A DNA stretch of 40,000 nt from an uncultured Acidobacteriota bacterium (GCA_963770485.1 CAVYPX010000009.1:248081-288080); one strand, 5' to 3'. Positions 26,116 through 34,609 are shown, counted from the first letter of the stretch. A program made the numbers and translations. Notes: a model not told the origin generated them from the letters alone.

Positions 26116-26826
26116 TTATTGGGTTCCGGCAGTTTTCTCCCGGCGGCTGGCTTTCATCGGCGCTCCTCGCGCCAGGCGGCCCAGCGTGGCGGGTTCGACA
26201 GTGATGACATCGGGCCCTTTGGTCTTGCCTGTGATGATGGGCTTGTTGGGGACGGTTTCGTAGGCGTAGCCGGTCAGCCAGTAACCACCACTGATAGGGA
26301 CCTCCACTCGTGCCCACCCGTAGTGGGTCTTACCTTTTAGATCATCAAACTTCAGCCCCAAATAAGCCTCCAGACCATAATACATCTCGTACCACGGGCC
26401 GTCACAGCTGGGCCCAGGCGCACACCCGATCATGAAAGCGCGCTTGCTCAGAAGCTTCTTACTCGCATGAATTTTCACACCGCCTTTGAGCGCCGAAGCA
26501 AATCCACGACCGCGGAAAGTGGAAGTGTATCCCCAAATCAGATTTCGCCCTGCCCTCCCATTGGGGGTTATAGAGAGGTCACTAATGATCGAAGAACACC
26601 CAGTATGAACAAAGTAGAAATCCGTGACGCCGTCATGGTTAAGGTCCAGCGGGGTCCGCCCACAGCGCAGCACCCGGTCAGCGCGATGGTACACGATCCT
26701 CGCCTCGGCGGGCTGCGCTAACGCCAACAGACTTACGGCCCCCGCACTGGCTGCGAGAGCATACGCGTTGAGTTGGAGATGCAGGGATTCGGAAAGATGC
26801 GAGGGCTTTCGGGGCGTCGGTTTCAT
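26116..26826 (-). CDS. hypothetical secreted protein with a degenerate PEP-CTERM-like tail
   Basis: GGGGAGG lies upstream of the ATG. Signal-like segment AASAGAVSLLALAQPAEA. Also LDLNHDGVTDFYF and GKTHYGWARVEV motifs, and the C-terminal VEPATLGRLARGAPMKASRREK. Confidence 0.6.
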   Translation of the reverse strand: MKPTPRKPSHLSESLHLQLNAYALAASAGAVSLLALAQPAEARIVYHRADRVLRCGRTPLDLNHDGVTDFYFVHTGCSSIISDLSITPNGRAGRNLIWGYTSTFRGRGFASALKGGVKIHASKKLLSKRAFMIGCAPGPSCDGPWYEMYYGLEAYLGLKFDDLKGKTHYGWARVEVPISGGYWLTGYAYETVPNKPIITGKTKGPDVITVEPATLGRLARGAPMKASRREKTAGTQ

Positions 26827-26905
26827 AAATCCTCCCCCAAGAATGGCGGCTCGAAGTGTCCTGCCGCGTTAGCCGCAAGTCAAGGACGATTTGCGAGCGA
26901 CTTGG

Positions 26906-27745
26906 CTAGGCCTTTGTTCCTGACGCCAGCACCACGACCGCGCCAAATTCAATGCTGCCGTCTCCAGCGTACTGCCGAACGCTCTGCAGCACCTCCCGAT
27001 TCACCTCTTCCCACTTTTCCGTGGGAACGCGCTTCAGCATGGGGAGAAAAGGGGCGGAAACCTGCTGCGTATGCTCCCAGATTTCTTCCGCCGTGCCCGG
27101 CCAGGTCCAGGGAAGGGTTCGACTTTCTTCCTCCACCCGCTGAAGTCCTGCTTCGCGCAACACGGCCGACAAACTTCCCGACCGGGAAAACTTGCACGGA
27201 TCCTGACCCGGCGCAGTCAGCGGCCCGCCGGCATATTTGTGCGCTACGCCTAACATGCTGGACCAGAAAGGCTGCTGGAATGGTCCCCAGGCCAGAAAAC
27301 AAGCTCGCGCCCCGGGCTTCAGTTTGCGATGCACCTCGCGGAATGCCTGGACGCAATCTTGAAAAAACATGACTCCAAAGCGGCTTGTGACCAGATCGAA
27401 GCTTTGATCGGGAAAGGGAAGGGCGTGCGCGTCCGCCTGACGCGTGGAGAAATTCGTCAACCCGCGCTGCCGGGCCCGGTCCGCGGCGATTTCCAGAAGC
27501 TCGCTGCTGAGATCGAGCGCCGTGACATGACCTTCAGCTCCGACCCGTGATGCCAGGCTGATGGCTGGTTCGCCCGTGCCGCTGGCCAAATCCAAAACCT
27601 TCATGCCCGGTTCCGGCCGCGCGTATTCGACCAACGCCTCCGTCACATCGCGCCCCATGGCGGCTGACTTTGCTTTCCACTTTTCCGAAGCAATCAGGCG
27701 GTACGACGCGCCCCACTGCGGGTTCGACTTTTCCGGTGAACTCAT
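26906..27745 (-). CDS. class I SAM-dependent methyltransferase
   Basis: VLDLASGTGEPA motif I plus FDLVTSRFGVMF. The ATG at 27745 is preferred over the GTG at 27760. Confidence 0.8.
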   Translation of the reverse strand: MSSPEKSNPQWGASYRLIASEKWKAKSAAMGRDVTEALVEYARPEPGMKVLDLASGTGEPAISLASRVGAEGHVTALDLSSELLEIAADRARQRGLTNFSTRQADAHALPFPDQSFDLVTSRFGVMFFQDCVQAFREVHRKLKPGARACFLAWGPFQQPFWSSMLGVAHKYAGGPLTAPGQDPCKFSRSGSLSAVLREAGLQRVEEESRTLPWTWPGTAEEIWEHTQQVSAPFLPMLKRVPTEKWEEVNREVLQSVRQYAGDGSIEFGAVVVLASGTKA

Positions 27746-27753
27746 AAAAGCTT

Positions 27754-27843
27754 GGGCCACGGATTTACGCGGATCAGCACGGATCAGAATCTTAGCCTGT
27801 ATTCTCTCTTGCTGTCCGTGGAATCCGTGAGAATCCGTGGGCC
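27754..27843. repeat. word-repeat imperfect inverted repeat (CACGGAT words)
   Basis: CCACGGATT (27757-27765) pairs with AATCCGTGG (27832-27840). Both arms are built from CACGGAT(C/T)AG-type words. Confidence 0.55.
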
Positions 27844-27851
27844 GGTTCTTC

Positions 27852-28271
27852 CTAGGCCCGTTTCTTGGTCACGCCGCGGCTTGGCGAGCGCTTCGCCTTG
27901 CCGCCAACCGCCCCTGGCTCAGACGGCGCCAGCCGCTTGGCCGACTTCCACAGACGCTCCAAATCGTAATATTTGCGGGCCTTCTCCGAGAAAACGTGCA
28001 CCACGAAATCGACGTAATCCAGCAGCACCCACTCCGCTTGTTTGTATCCTTCCACATGAGTGGCGCGCAGCCCGGATTTCTCCAGCCGCTCCTCCACTTC
28101 GTCAGAGATGGCCTGGATCTGCCGCGGATTCGTCCCGCTGCATACCACAAAATAATCGGTGAATGCCCCGGATCCTTTTTCCAGTTCCAGAACCGTGATT
28201 TCTTCCGCCTTCTTTTCCTGGCAGGCGCCGATGGCCTCGGCTAGCTGTCGCTTCAGATCGTTCTTCTTCAT
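27852..28271 (-). CDS. rsfS: ribosome silencing factor RsfS
   Basis: TDYFVVCSGTNPRQIQAISDEV and WVLLDYVDFVVHVF are typical RsfS/iojap motifs. Carries a basic C-terminal extension. Confidence 0.9.
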   Translation of the reverse strand: MKKNDLKRQLAEAIGACQEKKAEEITVLELEKGSGAFTDYFVVCSGTNPRQIQAISDEVEERLEKSGLRATHVEGYKQAEWVLLDYVDFVVHVFSEKARKYYDLERLWKSAKRLAPSEPGAVGGKAKRSPSRGVTKKRA

Positions 28272-28281
28272 GTGGTGGTGA

Positions 28282-28480
28282 GTCGTTGGTCGTCCTTCGT
28301 CTTTCGTCCTTCGTCGTTGGTCGTTGGCTATCTGCTACCGGCTTCTCATTGTAAATTACCGCGCTACACTGATTCTTGGAAGCCCGCCTATATCACTGCG
28401 AATTGCTAGGCACTTTGACGAAGGGCGAACGACGAAGGGCGAACGACGAACGACCAAGGACGAACGGCCAAGGACCAACG
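28282..28480. repeat. long imperfect inverted repeat of GTCGTTGG / CCTTCGTC words flanking a unique core of about 90 nt
   Basis: The left arm (28282-28328) and right arm (28418-28480) are composed of mutually complementary words (GTCGTTGG vs CCAACGAC, CCTTCGTC vs GACGAAGG). It fills the nadD-rsfS spacer. Confidence 0.55.
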
Positions 28481-28481
28481 C

Positions 28482-29204
28482 CTAAAGGCCGCCTCTATAC
28501 AATTCCGTCTTCTTGATGTATTCCGCCACGGCCGGGTCCACAAACTTTGTCAACGGACGCTTGGCAATCACCGCGTCCCGGATCGCCGTTGCCGAAATGC
28601 TTTGATGTACATTTTCCAGCAGGTGCAGGGTTACGCCAGCCAGCACCAGATCACCTTTCGCGGGTTGCTTGGCGAACGGCTTGGTCACGGCCGCTTTCGG
28701 ACGCAGCCGTTCCGGGAGCGCATTGGCCACATCGGCCAGCGAATATCCCGGACGGCTTGCCACAATGAACTCACATTCGCGGAACAGAGCCTCAGCCTCG
28801 TGCCATTTCGCGATGTCACTGAAAGCATCCATGCCAATCAGAAAAAGCAGGCGGTCACTCTTCCTCAGCGTCTGCTTCAGCCGGCGTACGGTATCGATCG
28901 AGTAATTCACGCCCGGAACCGCAGGCTGAGGCTGAACTTTTTTGGCGGTAATTTGGGGCGCGGCCACCTCTGGCGGAGCCTCCAGAAGTGACGGAACGAA
29001 TGCCTTCTCGCCCATAGTCGCCAGAACCACCATTGCGTAGCGATGGAAATAAGAGGCCAGAGGCTGCCGCTGTTTGTGGGGGGGAATGTTGGCGGGAACG
29101 AAATAAATGCGGCTGAGATCAAAGCGCTCTCGTGCCGCCCTCGCCAATGCAAGGTGCCCGTGGTGAATCGGGTCAAACGTCCCGCCAAAAAGTCCGATGT
29201 TCAT
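28482..29204 (-). CDS. nadD: nicotinate-nucleotide adenylyltransferase
   Basis: GLFGGTFDPIHHGHL motif and the ISATAIR motif near the C-terminus. Confidence 0.92.
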   Translation of the reverse strand: MNIGLFGGTFDPIHHGHLALARAARERFDLSRIYFVPANIPPHKQRQPLASYFHRYAMVVLATMGEKAFVPSLLEAPPEVAAPQITAKKVQPQPAVPGVNYSIDTVRRLKQTLRKSDRLLFLIGMDAFSDIAKWHEAEALFRECEFIVASRPGYSLADVANALPERLRPKAAVTKPFAKQPAKGDLVLAGVTLHLLENVHQSISATAIRDAVIAKRPLTKFVDPAVAEYIKKTELYRGGL

Positions 29205-29417
29205 GTTGGTCTAATAACTAGACAATGTCGGCATGTTTTTGTCTCCGCCGCCCCTTGCCGGTCTTGATACGGATTCCGGAAATTTAGGCGATCGGCGAAA
29301 TCCACAGCCGCATCTCGTTGTAAATTCAGAGCCACAGTTACCGTTGTGGTTGTCTGCATGGTCAGCGCCCATCCATCCGCAATCACATGAACTCCCGTAA
29401 CTCGCGGAGTTCCCATT

Positions 29418-31718
29418 TTGGAACTAGAGTTGGTTCGTATGCGAGTGAAGCTCCCCCTTCTCCGCACCCGCATTGCTCCGGCCCGGGCCCCCATCCTGCG
29501 GTACGGCGTCGCTGTTCTCAGCATTACCCTTGCCCTGATCCCAGCGTTAATGCTCCGCGATGTGGTAGAGAGCCGCCTGGTCGTCTTTGCCGTCGCAATC
29601 ATGGTCAGCGCATGGTACGGCGGCTGGAAGCCGGGGCTGGTGGCCACATCTTTCGCTCTGACCGTCAGCGCCTATTTTTCCCTGGCCGGAGAGCACTCCC
29701 CGACCGAATATCGCAAAGCCATCATACATCTCACGCTGTTCGTGTTTGTGGCCCTGCTGATTTGCTCCTTCAATGCAGCCCTGCGCTCGGCGCAGGAGGG
29801 TTTACGCCGTTCGGAAGTCAATTTCCGCTCACTGGTGACCAATGCCCCCTATGGGATTTGCCGCTGCGACTCCGCCGGCATATTGCTCAGCGCCAACCCT
29901 GCGCTGGTCAACATGCTGGGTTACGCGTCCGCCTCGGAACTCGTGGGGCGCAACCTGGCAAACCTATACGCTGATTCGCAGCAGTGGTTCCTGGTCGCCG
30001 ACTATTTTCGCGCCTCGCAACGCTTCAACGGACTGGTTGCCGACTGGGTCCGCAAAGAGGGCAATCCCGTCACCGTGCGTCTTTCCGGGAGCACCATCCG
30101 CGGGGAGCAGAATGCCTCCTTCTTCGAGCTCTTTGCGGAAGACGTGACCGAGCATCGAGCGTTGGAACAGCAACTGCGCCAGGCGCAGAAGATGGAAGCT
30201 GTCGGCCGTCTGGCCGGCGGCATCGCGCACGACTTCAACAATCTGCTCATGGTGATCTCCGGCTACTGCGAGTTCCTGCTGGATCGAATCGGCCCCGACC
30301 CCATTGTGCGCGGGCCGGCGCAGGAGATCGCCAAGGCCGCGAACCGGGCGACTGCGCTCACGCGCCAACTCCTGGCCTTCAGCCGCAAGCAAATGTTGAT
30401 GCCCAAGGTTGTCGATCTCAACGCCATCGTCACTGAGAACTTCAAAATGTTGACCCGCCTGATCGGAGAAGACATCGATCTGGTCATGGTGCCGGGCAGC
30501 GATCTCGGCGCGGTCAAAGCCGATCCTGGCCAGATGGAGCAAGTGATCATGAATCTGGCCGTCAATGCCCGCGATGCCATGCCGCGAGGCGGCAAACTCA
30601 CCATTGAAACCGTCAACGTTTCCTTGGATGAAAGTTATGCCCGCCTGCATGCTCCCGCCGAACCCGGCGAGTACGTGATGCTCGCCATTAGTGACAGCGG
30701 AATGGGCATGGATCCTGAAACCCAGAGCCACATCTTCGAGCCTTTTTACACGACAAAGGGATCCAAGGGCACCGGTCTCGGACTTTCCACCGTTTACGGC
30801 ATCGTCAAGCAGAGCGGGGGCTACGTCTGGGTCTACAGCGAACCCGGCAAGGGAACATCGTTCAAGGTCTATCTGCCCCGCGTAAGCGCGACTGGAGAGC
30901 CGATGACAATCATGCCACAGCTATCATTTGCAGGCGCTGAAGCTCCGCCTGGCAACGAAACTATCCTGCTGGTCGAGGACGAGCTCACGGTCCGCCAGCT
31001 CGCTCGTGAGTATCTGGAAGGTCAGGGCTACACCGTGATCGAAGCGCCCGATGGGGCCGCCGCCCTGCAACTGTCGCAGACTCACCAAGGCCCCATTCAT
31101 CTGTTGCTGACCGACGTCATCATGCCCGGAATGAACGGCCGCGAACTAGCCAGCCAGCTGACTCCCCGGCGGCCCGAAATGAAAGTGCTGTATATGTCGG
31201 GCTATACCGAGAATGCCATTGGCCACAACGGCACGCTGGACGCCGGTATCACCCTGCTCCAGAAGCCTTTTACCCTTCCCGCACTCAAGGTAAAAGTGCG
31301 GGAAGTGCTCGACACACAGCTCCCCACGGAGGTTGCCATGCCTGCTCGTTTAGTCGGACAAATTCGCGTCAACCACGCCAAAGAAAAGTTGTCTCCGTTC
31401 CGCGCCCAACGTTTCAAACTCCACCTGCCGCTGAAGTACCGGCAGCTTGGAGAAGACGATTGGCGTGTGGGCACCACCGAAAACATCAGCCGCTCGGGCC
31501 TGCTATTCCGCGCCGAGCAAATGGTTCCCGCCAGCGCACAGCTTGAGATCAATCTGGTGCTGCCCGCGGAAATTGCCGGGCTGTCGGCGGCAGAAGTGAT
31601 CTGCCGCGGTGAGGTGGTGCGCACCATGGAAGCCGAAACTCCTTCGATGAGCCCGGCTCTCGCTGCCAGGATTCTGCAATACCACTTCCAGCACGGCTCG
31701 AGGGTGCAAGAGGCGTGA
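29418..31718 (+). CDS. hybrid sensor histidine kinase: membrane sensor, PAS, HisKA, HATPase, receiver and a C-terminal PilZ-like domain
   Basis: Four N-terminal hydrophobic helices. H-box [11 protein letters not shown]. ATPase boxes [17 protein letters not shown] and GTGLGLS. Receiver ILLVEDE...[13 protein letters not shown]...KPF. C-terminal FRAQRF...TENISRSG. The start is TTG at 29418 or ATG at 29439. Confidence 0.9.
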   Translation: MELELVRMRVKLPLLRTRIAPARAPILRYGVAVLSITLALIPALMLRDVVESRLVVFAVAIMVSAWYGGWKPGLVATSFALTVSAYFSLAGEHSPTEYRKAIIHLTLFVFVALLICSFNAALRSAQEGLRRSEVNFRSLVTNAPYGICRCDSAGILLSANPALVNMLGYASASELVGRNLANLYADSQQWFLVADYFRASQRFNGLVADWVRKEGNPVTVRLSGSTIRGEQNASFFELFAEDVTEHRALEQQLRQAQKMEAVGRLAGGIAHDFNNLLMVISGYCEFLLDRIGPDPIVRGPAQEIAKAANRATALTRQLLAFSRKQMLMPKVVDLNAIVTENFKMLTRLIGEDIDLVMVPGSDLGAVKADPGQMEQVIMNLAVNARDAMPRGGKLTIETVNVSLDESYARLHAPAEPGEYVMLAISDSGMGMDPETQSHIFEPFYTTKGSKGTGLGLSTVYGIVKQSGGYVWVYSEPGKGTSFKVYLPRVSATGEPMTIMPQLSFAGAEAPPGNETILLVEDELTVRQLAREYLEGQGYTVIEAPDGAAALQLSQTHQGPIHLLLTDVIMPGMNGRELASQLTPRRPEMKVLYMSGYTENAIGHNGTLDAGITLLQKPFTLPALKVKVREVLDTQLPTEVAMPARLVGQIRVNHAKEKLSPFRAQRFKLHLPLKYRQLGEDDWRVGTTENISRSGLLFRAEQMVPASAQLEINLVLPAEIAGLSAAEVICRGEVVRTMEAETPSMSPALAARILQYHFQHGSRVQEA

Positions 31719-31726
31719 GCGTTCAG

Positions 31727-31770
31727 GTAGGGGCGGGTGCCCTCACCCGCCCGGCGGAGCAAAGCTCCGC
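31727..31770. repeat. partial family B element (left half only)
   Basis: GTAGGGGCGGGTGCCCTCACCCGCCCGGCGGAGCAAAGCTCCGC parallels 19134-19177. It contains two hairpins, GGGCGGGTG/CACCCGCCC and GCGGAGC/GCTCCGC. Confidence 0.5.
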
Positions 31771-32244
31771 AGTCCGAATTGCCGGAGAATCGGCTGCTTG
31801 GTACTCTGGTGCGTCTTAAGCCTGATCCCGTTGGACTCAGCCGTCCTTGTGTTGAGGTCTTCGAGTACCTGATACCAAGCCGTCTCTGTGTCCTCCGTGG
31901 TTAACCGGTTTGCCTCCACAACGAATTATCAATAACTTGCAGATATCAGGTTCCGACGGGGGAGTTTGCCGGGCATTCTCCTGATGGGATCGCTGTGTAG
32001 AATGCCATTTGCTGGCATTTGCAGGGCCGCTGAGCGACATCTGTGGGCAGGGTGAGGGAAAAGGGTCACCCGAGACCGGCAATCGCTTAGAACGCATCCT
32101 TGGACGCCTGGCGTCGTTTATTATCTCCAGGCTATTTATGTATGTACACTCATATATGTACTGGGAATTGATTCCGCGCGGGCGGTCAAGACGAAAAGAA
32201 CAATTTAGAGCTTTCCCACGGATTCGCCGGCCGCCTCATTGCCT

Positions 32245-32296
32245 GCCCGCGCAAAGAACGTTTGCTCGGGATGACCAATCAAACTGAGCCACTACC
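32245..32296. mobile_element. truncated family C element retaining one complete terminal inverted repeat
   Basis: CCGCGCAAAGAACGTTTGCTCGGGATGACCAATCAAACTGAGCCACTACC matches the end of the 37296-37428 and 15523-15667 copies. It overlaps the obg stop. Confidence 0.7.
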
Positions 32297-33322
32297 ATCC
32301 TTTGACTCGCTTTGACGGAGTTCCTCCACCTTGTCAGCCATAGCGTACTTCAATGCATCAATGCCTTTTCCACTCACGGCGGAGATCGGAAACAACTCCA
32401 GACCCTGCTTTTTGCAATATCGTCTTAGCTTCGCCAGCTTGTCTTTGTTGGCGATATCAATTTTCGACGCGACCATGATCACGGGCTTCTGGTCGAGTCC
32501 CGCCCCAAAGCTCGTCAGTTCGCCTTCGATCACTTCGACGTCTTTGACGGGATCCGGCCGCCCGCTGGCGTCAGAAACGTCCACCAGGTGTACCAATAGC
32601 CGCGTGCGCTCGATGTGCCGTAAGAACTGCGTCCCCAGGCCCGACCCCGTGTGCGCCCCTTCGATGAGCCCGGGAATGTCGGCCACGACGAAGCTCCGCT
32701 CCTCCGGCCCTTGGCCGACGGCGACAACGCCAAGATTGGGCTGCAGCGTGGTGAAGGGATAATCCGCGATCTTGGGCCGTGCAGCGGAAATGCGCGAAAT
32801 CAGCGTGGACTTGCCAACATTGGGATATCCCACCAGCCCTACGTCGGCGAGCAGTTTGAGCTCCAGCCGAAAGACGCGCTCTTCGCCGGGCCGTCCTTCT
32901 TCGTGCTCGCGGGGCGCCTGGTGGGTCGAGGTCGCAAACCGCGCGTTTCCTCGTCCGCCCCGGCCACCGCAGGCAATCACGATCCGCTCATCGGCACGCG
33001 AGAAATCGTGCACTTTCTCGCCGGTCTCGCCGTCGTACACAATCGTGCCTACGGGAACTTTGAGCAAGACATCCTCGCCCTCCCGTCCCGTGCGATTGGA
33101 GCCTTCGCCGTGCCGGCCGCGCTGCGCTTTGTATTCGGGATTGAAGCGGAAGTGCACCAGCGTGTTATGGCGCTCGCTCGATTCCATGAGGATGTCGCCG
33201 CCTTTGCCGCCATCGCCGCCCGACGGCCCGCCGCGCGGGACAAATTTCTCCCGCCGGAAAGCCATGCAGCCGTTCCCGCCGTCTCCGGCCTTCACTCGGA
33301 TTGTGGCTTCATCAATGAACAT
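32279..33322 (-). CDS. obg: GTPase ObgE/CgtA
   Basis: The ATG at 33322 gives [27 protein letters not shown] (Obg fold). G motifs GYPNVGKST and DIPGLIEGA are present. The 26-aa extension in the ORF track reads through GACCAACGAC word repeats and is unsupported. Confidence 0.95.
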   Translation of the reverse strand: MFIDEATIRVKAGDGGNGCMAFRREKFVPRGGPSGGDGGKGGDILMESSERHNTLVHFRFNPEYKAQRGRHGEGSNRTGREGEDVLLKVPVGTIVYDGETGEKVHDFSRADERIVIACGGRGGRGNARFATSTHQAPREHEEGRPGEERVFRLELKLLADVGLVGYPNVGKSTLISRISAARPKIADYPFTTLQPNLGVVAVGQGPEERSFVVADIPGLIEGAHTGSGLGTQFLRHIERTRLLVHLVDVSDASGRPDPVKDVEVIEGELTSFGAGLDQKPVIMVASKIDIANKDKLAKLRRYCKKQGLELFPISAVSGKGIDALKYAMADKVEELRQSESKDGSGSV

Positions 33323-33394
33323 GGGTCGATGGTCGTACGTCGTTGGTCGTTGGTCATGCGCCGAACCATGTTTCTGCGGGTAGCCGACCAAGCG

Positions 33395-33429
33395 ACACAA
33401 AACAAAAGCCTCGGCCCGAAGGCGAGGCT
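33395..33429 (-). terminator. intrinsic terminator or attenuator candidate between rpmA and obg
   Basis: Minus-strand hairpin AGCCTCG..CGAGGCT (33407-33429) followed by TTTTGTTTTGTG. Confidence 0.55.
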
Positions 33430-33482
33430 GTTTCGGTCTTGTGTGGCGCGGACATTCTTGTCCGCGGCATCAGCAGCACAGT

Positions 33483-33746
33483 TTACTTTGCTTCGACTGG
33501 CTCGATCATCACAAACTTGCCCATCGAGCCTCGATCCTTGAACACGATCCGGCCGGTGATCTTGGCAAACAGGGTATCGTCCTTGCCGCGGCCGACGTTC
33601 AATCCTGGCTTCACGCGGGTCCCCCGCTGCCGCACAATGATCGTGCCGCCGGGGACGAGTTGTCCGCCAAAAGCCTTAAAGCCGAGCCGCTGCGCATTCG
33701 AGTCGCGACCGTTTCGTGAGGTGCCTTGTCCTTTTTTGTGTGCCAT
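33483..33746 (-). CDS. rpmA: 50S ribosomal protein L27
   Basis: [24 protein letters not shown] is the canonical L27 N-terminus. Confidence 0.97.
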   Translation of the reverse strand: MAHKKGQGTSRNGRDSNAQRLGFKAFGGQLVPGGTIIVRQRGTRVKPGLNVGRGKDDTLFAKITGRIVFKDRGSMGKFVMIEPVEAK

Positions 33747-33792
33747 ATCTAGTTTCCAGTTTCGAGTCTCTTGTCAACCGACACATCCGGTT

Positions 33793-33878
33793 TGTCATCC
33801 CGAGCGAAGCGAGGGATCTGCAGTTGCTGAAGACTCCAAGGAAGCAGATTCCTCGTCGCTCCGCTCCTCGGAATGACA
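33793..33878. repeat. 86-bp palindromic element, family A, in the rplU-rpmA spacer
   Basis: TGTCATCCCGAGCGAAGCGAGGGATCTGCAGTT...GCAGATTCCTCGTCGCTCCGCTCCTCGGAATGACA. The ends match the 1650-1740 copy closely. Confidence 0.75.
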
Positions 33879-33927
33879 ATACTTGTGATTTCGTCCACGA
33901 CCCAAGTTTCGAGCTGATCCCGAGCCG

Positions 33928-34428
33928 TTATTTCTTTTTCTTCGGTGCGGCCTTCTTCGCGGCCGGCTTCTTGTGCGCAACTTTCTTTTTCGCCGGAGCT
34001 GCGGCCTTGGCTTCGGCCTTGACCTCTTTCGCTTCGGGCTCTACCGGAGCAGCCTTCTTGGGCTTTACGACCTTCTTCGGAAGCTCGGGAGCGGTGAACT
34101 TCTGCCCGTCAAAAGCGATTTCGGTGATGCGCACCGCGGTAAACGGCTGACGATGTCCCCGAAGCTTCTTGTACTGCTTCTTGCGCTTGTAGTGGAAGAC
34201 CAGGATTTTCTTCTCCCGGCCCTGCTCGACCACCTCGCCCACAACCCGCGCTTCGGATTGCGGCTTGCCGATCTGGCCTTCGCCGGCCGAGACCGCCAGC
34301 ACATCGCTGAACTCAATTTTGCCGTCGGTGCCGGTGCCACGCGCTTCCGAACCCACGCTCTCCACGCGGATCACATCGCCGGGCGCCACCCGGTACTGCT
34401 TCCCACCTGTGCGGATGACCGCGTACAT
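33928..34428 (-). CDS. rplU: 50S ribosomal protein L21 with a Lys/Ala-rich C-terminal extension
   Basis: MYAVIRTGGKQYRV is the canonical L21 start. GGAGG lies 8 nt upstream. It is 166 aa, against about 103 aa for a typical L21. Confidence 0.95.
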   Translation of the reverse strand: MYAVIRTGGKQYRVAPGDVIRVESVGSEARGTGTDGKIEFSDVLAVSAGEGQIGKPQSEARVVGEVVEQGREKKILVFHYKRKKQYKKLRGHRQPFTAVRITEIAFDGQKFTAPELPKKVVKPKKAAPVEPEAKEVKAEAKAAAPAKKKVAHKKPAAKKAAPKKKK

Positions 34429-34579
34429 GCTTATGCCTCCGTCAAAATCCTATCGGACACACGCTGGTGCGACCGGACGAACTCGATGATTTCTATGCTT
34501 GCTGCTTTCCGCGTCGGCGCTCTCGGCAACGATAGCGGACGGCCCCAGAACGGAACCGCGAGTACAGGCAAACCTAGTT

Positions 34580-34609
34580 ATTCTAGCGTGCGCAGTCGAA
34601 CAGCGTCAA
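34580..34609 (-). promoter_or_regulatory. sigma-70-like promoter candidate for rplU-rpmA
   Basis: Minus-strand TTGACG (34609-34604), an 18-nt spacer, then TAGAAT (34585-34580). This implies a 5' UTR of about 145 nt before the rplU ATG. Pattern match only. Confidence 0.4.

Noticed and set aside
28272-28481. Word-repeat regions considered as CRISPR arrays or coding low-complexity (PTTNDQRPTT-like) peptides.
   Set aside because: The repeat units are 7-9 nt, contiguous or irregular, and have no unique spacers of constant length. The two halves are complementary rather than direct. No start-site context supports translation.
31781-31900. Possible SRP (4.5S) RNA, because of a long hairpin and an AGCAGCC string on the minus strand.
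   Set aside because: The conserved helix 8 core (GGUCCGGAAGGAAGCAGCC-like, with a GNRA loop) is absent on either strand.
31905-31965. tmRNA-like strings: GCCTCCACAA (compare the tmRNA 3' end GCCUCCACCA) and CAGGTTCCGACGGGGG (compare the tmRNA 5' region GGUUUCGACGGGG).
   Set aside because: There is no GGGG acceptor start, no T-arm (GGTTAACC is a loopless palindrome), no complementary acceptor strands and no tag reading frame. The order would require a permuted gene, for which I see no other support.
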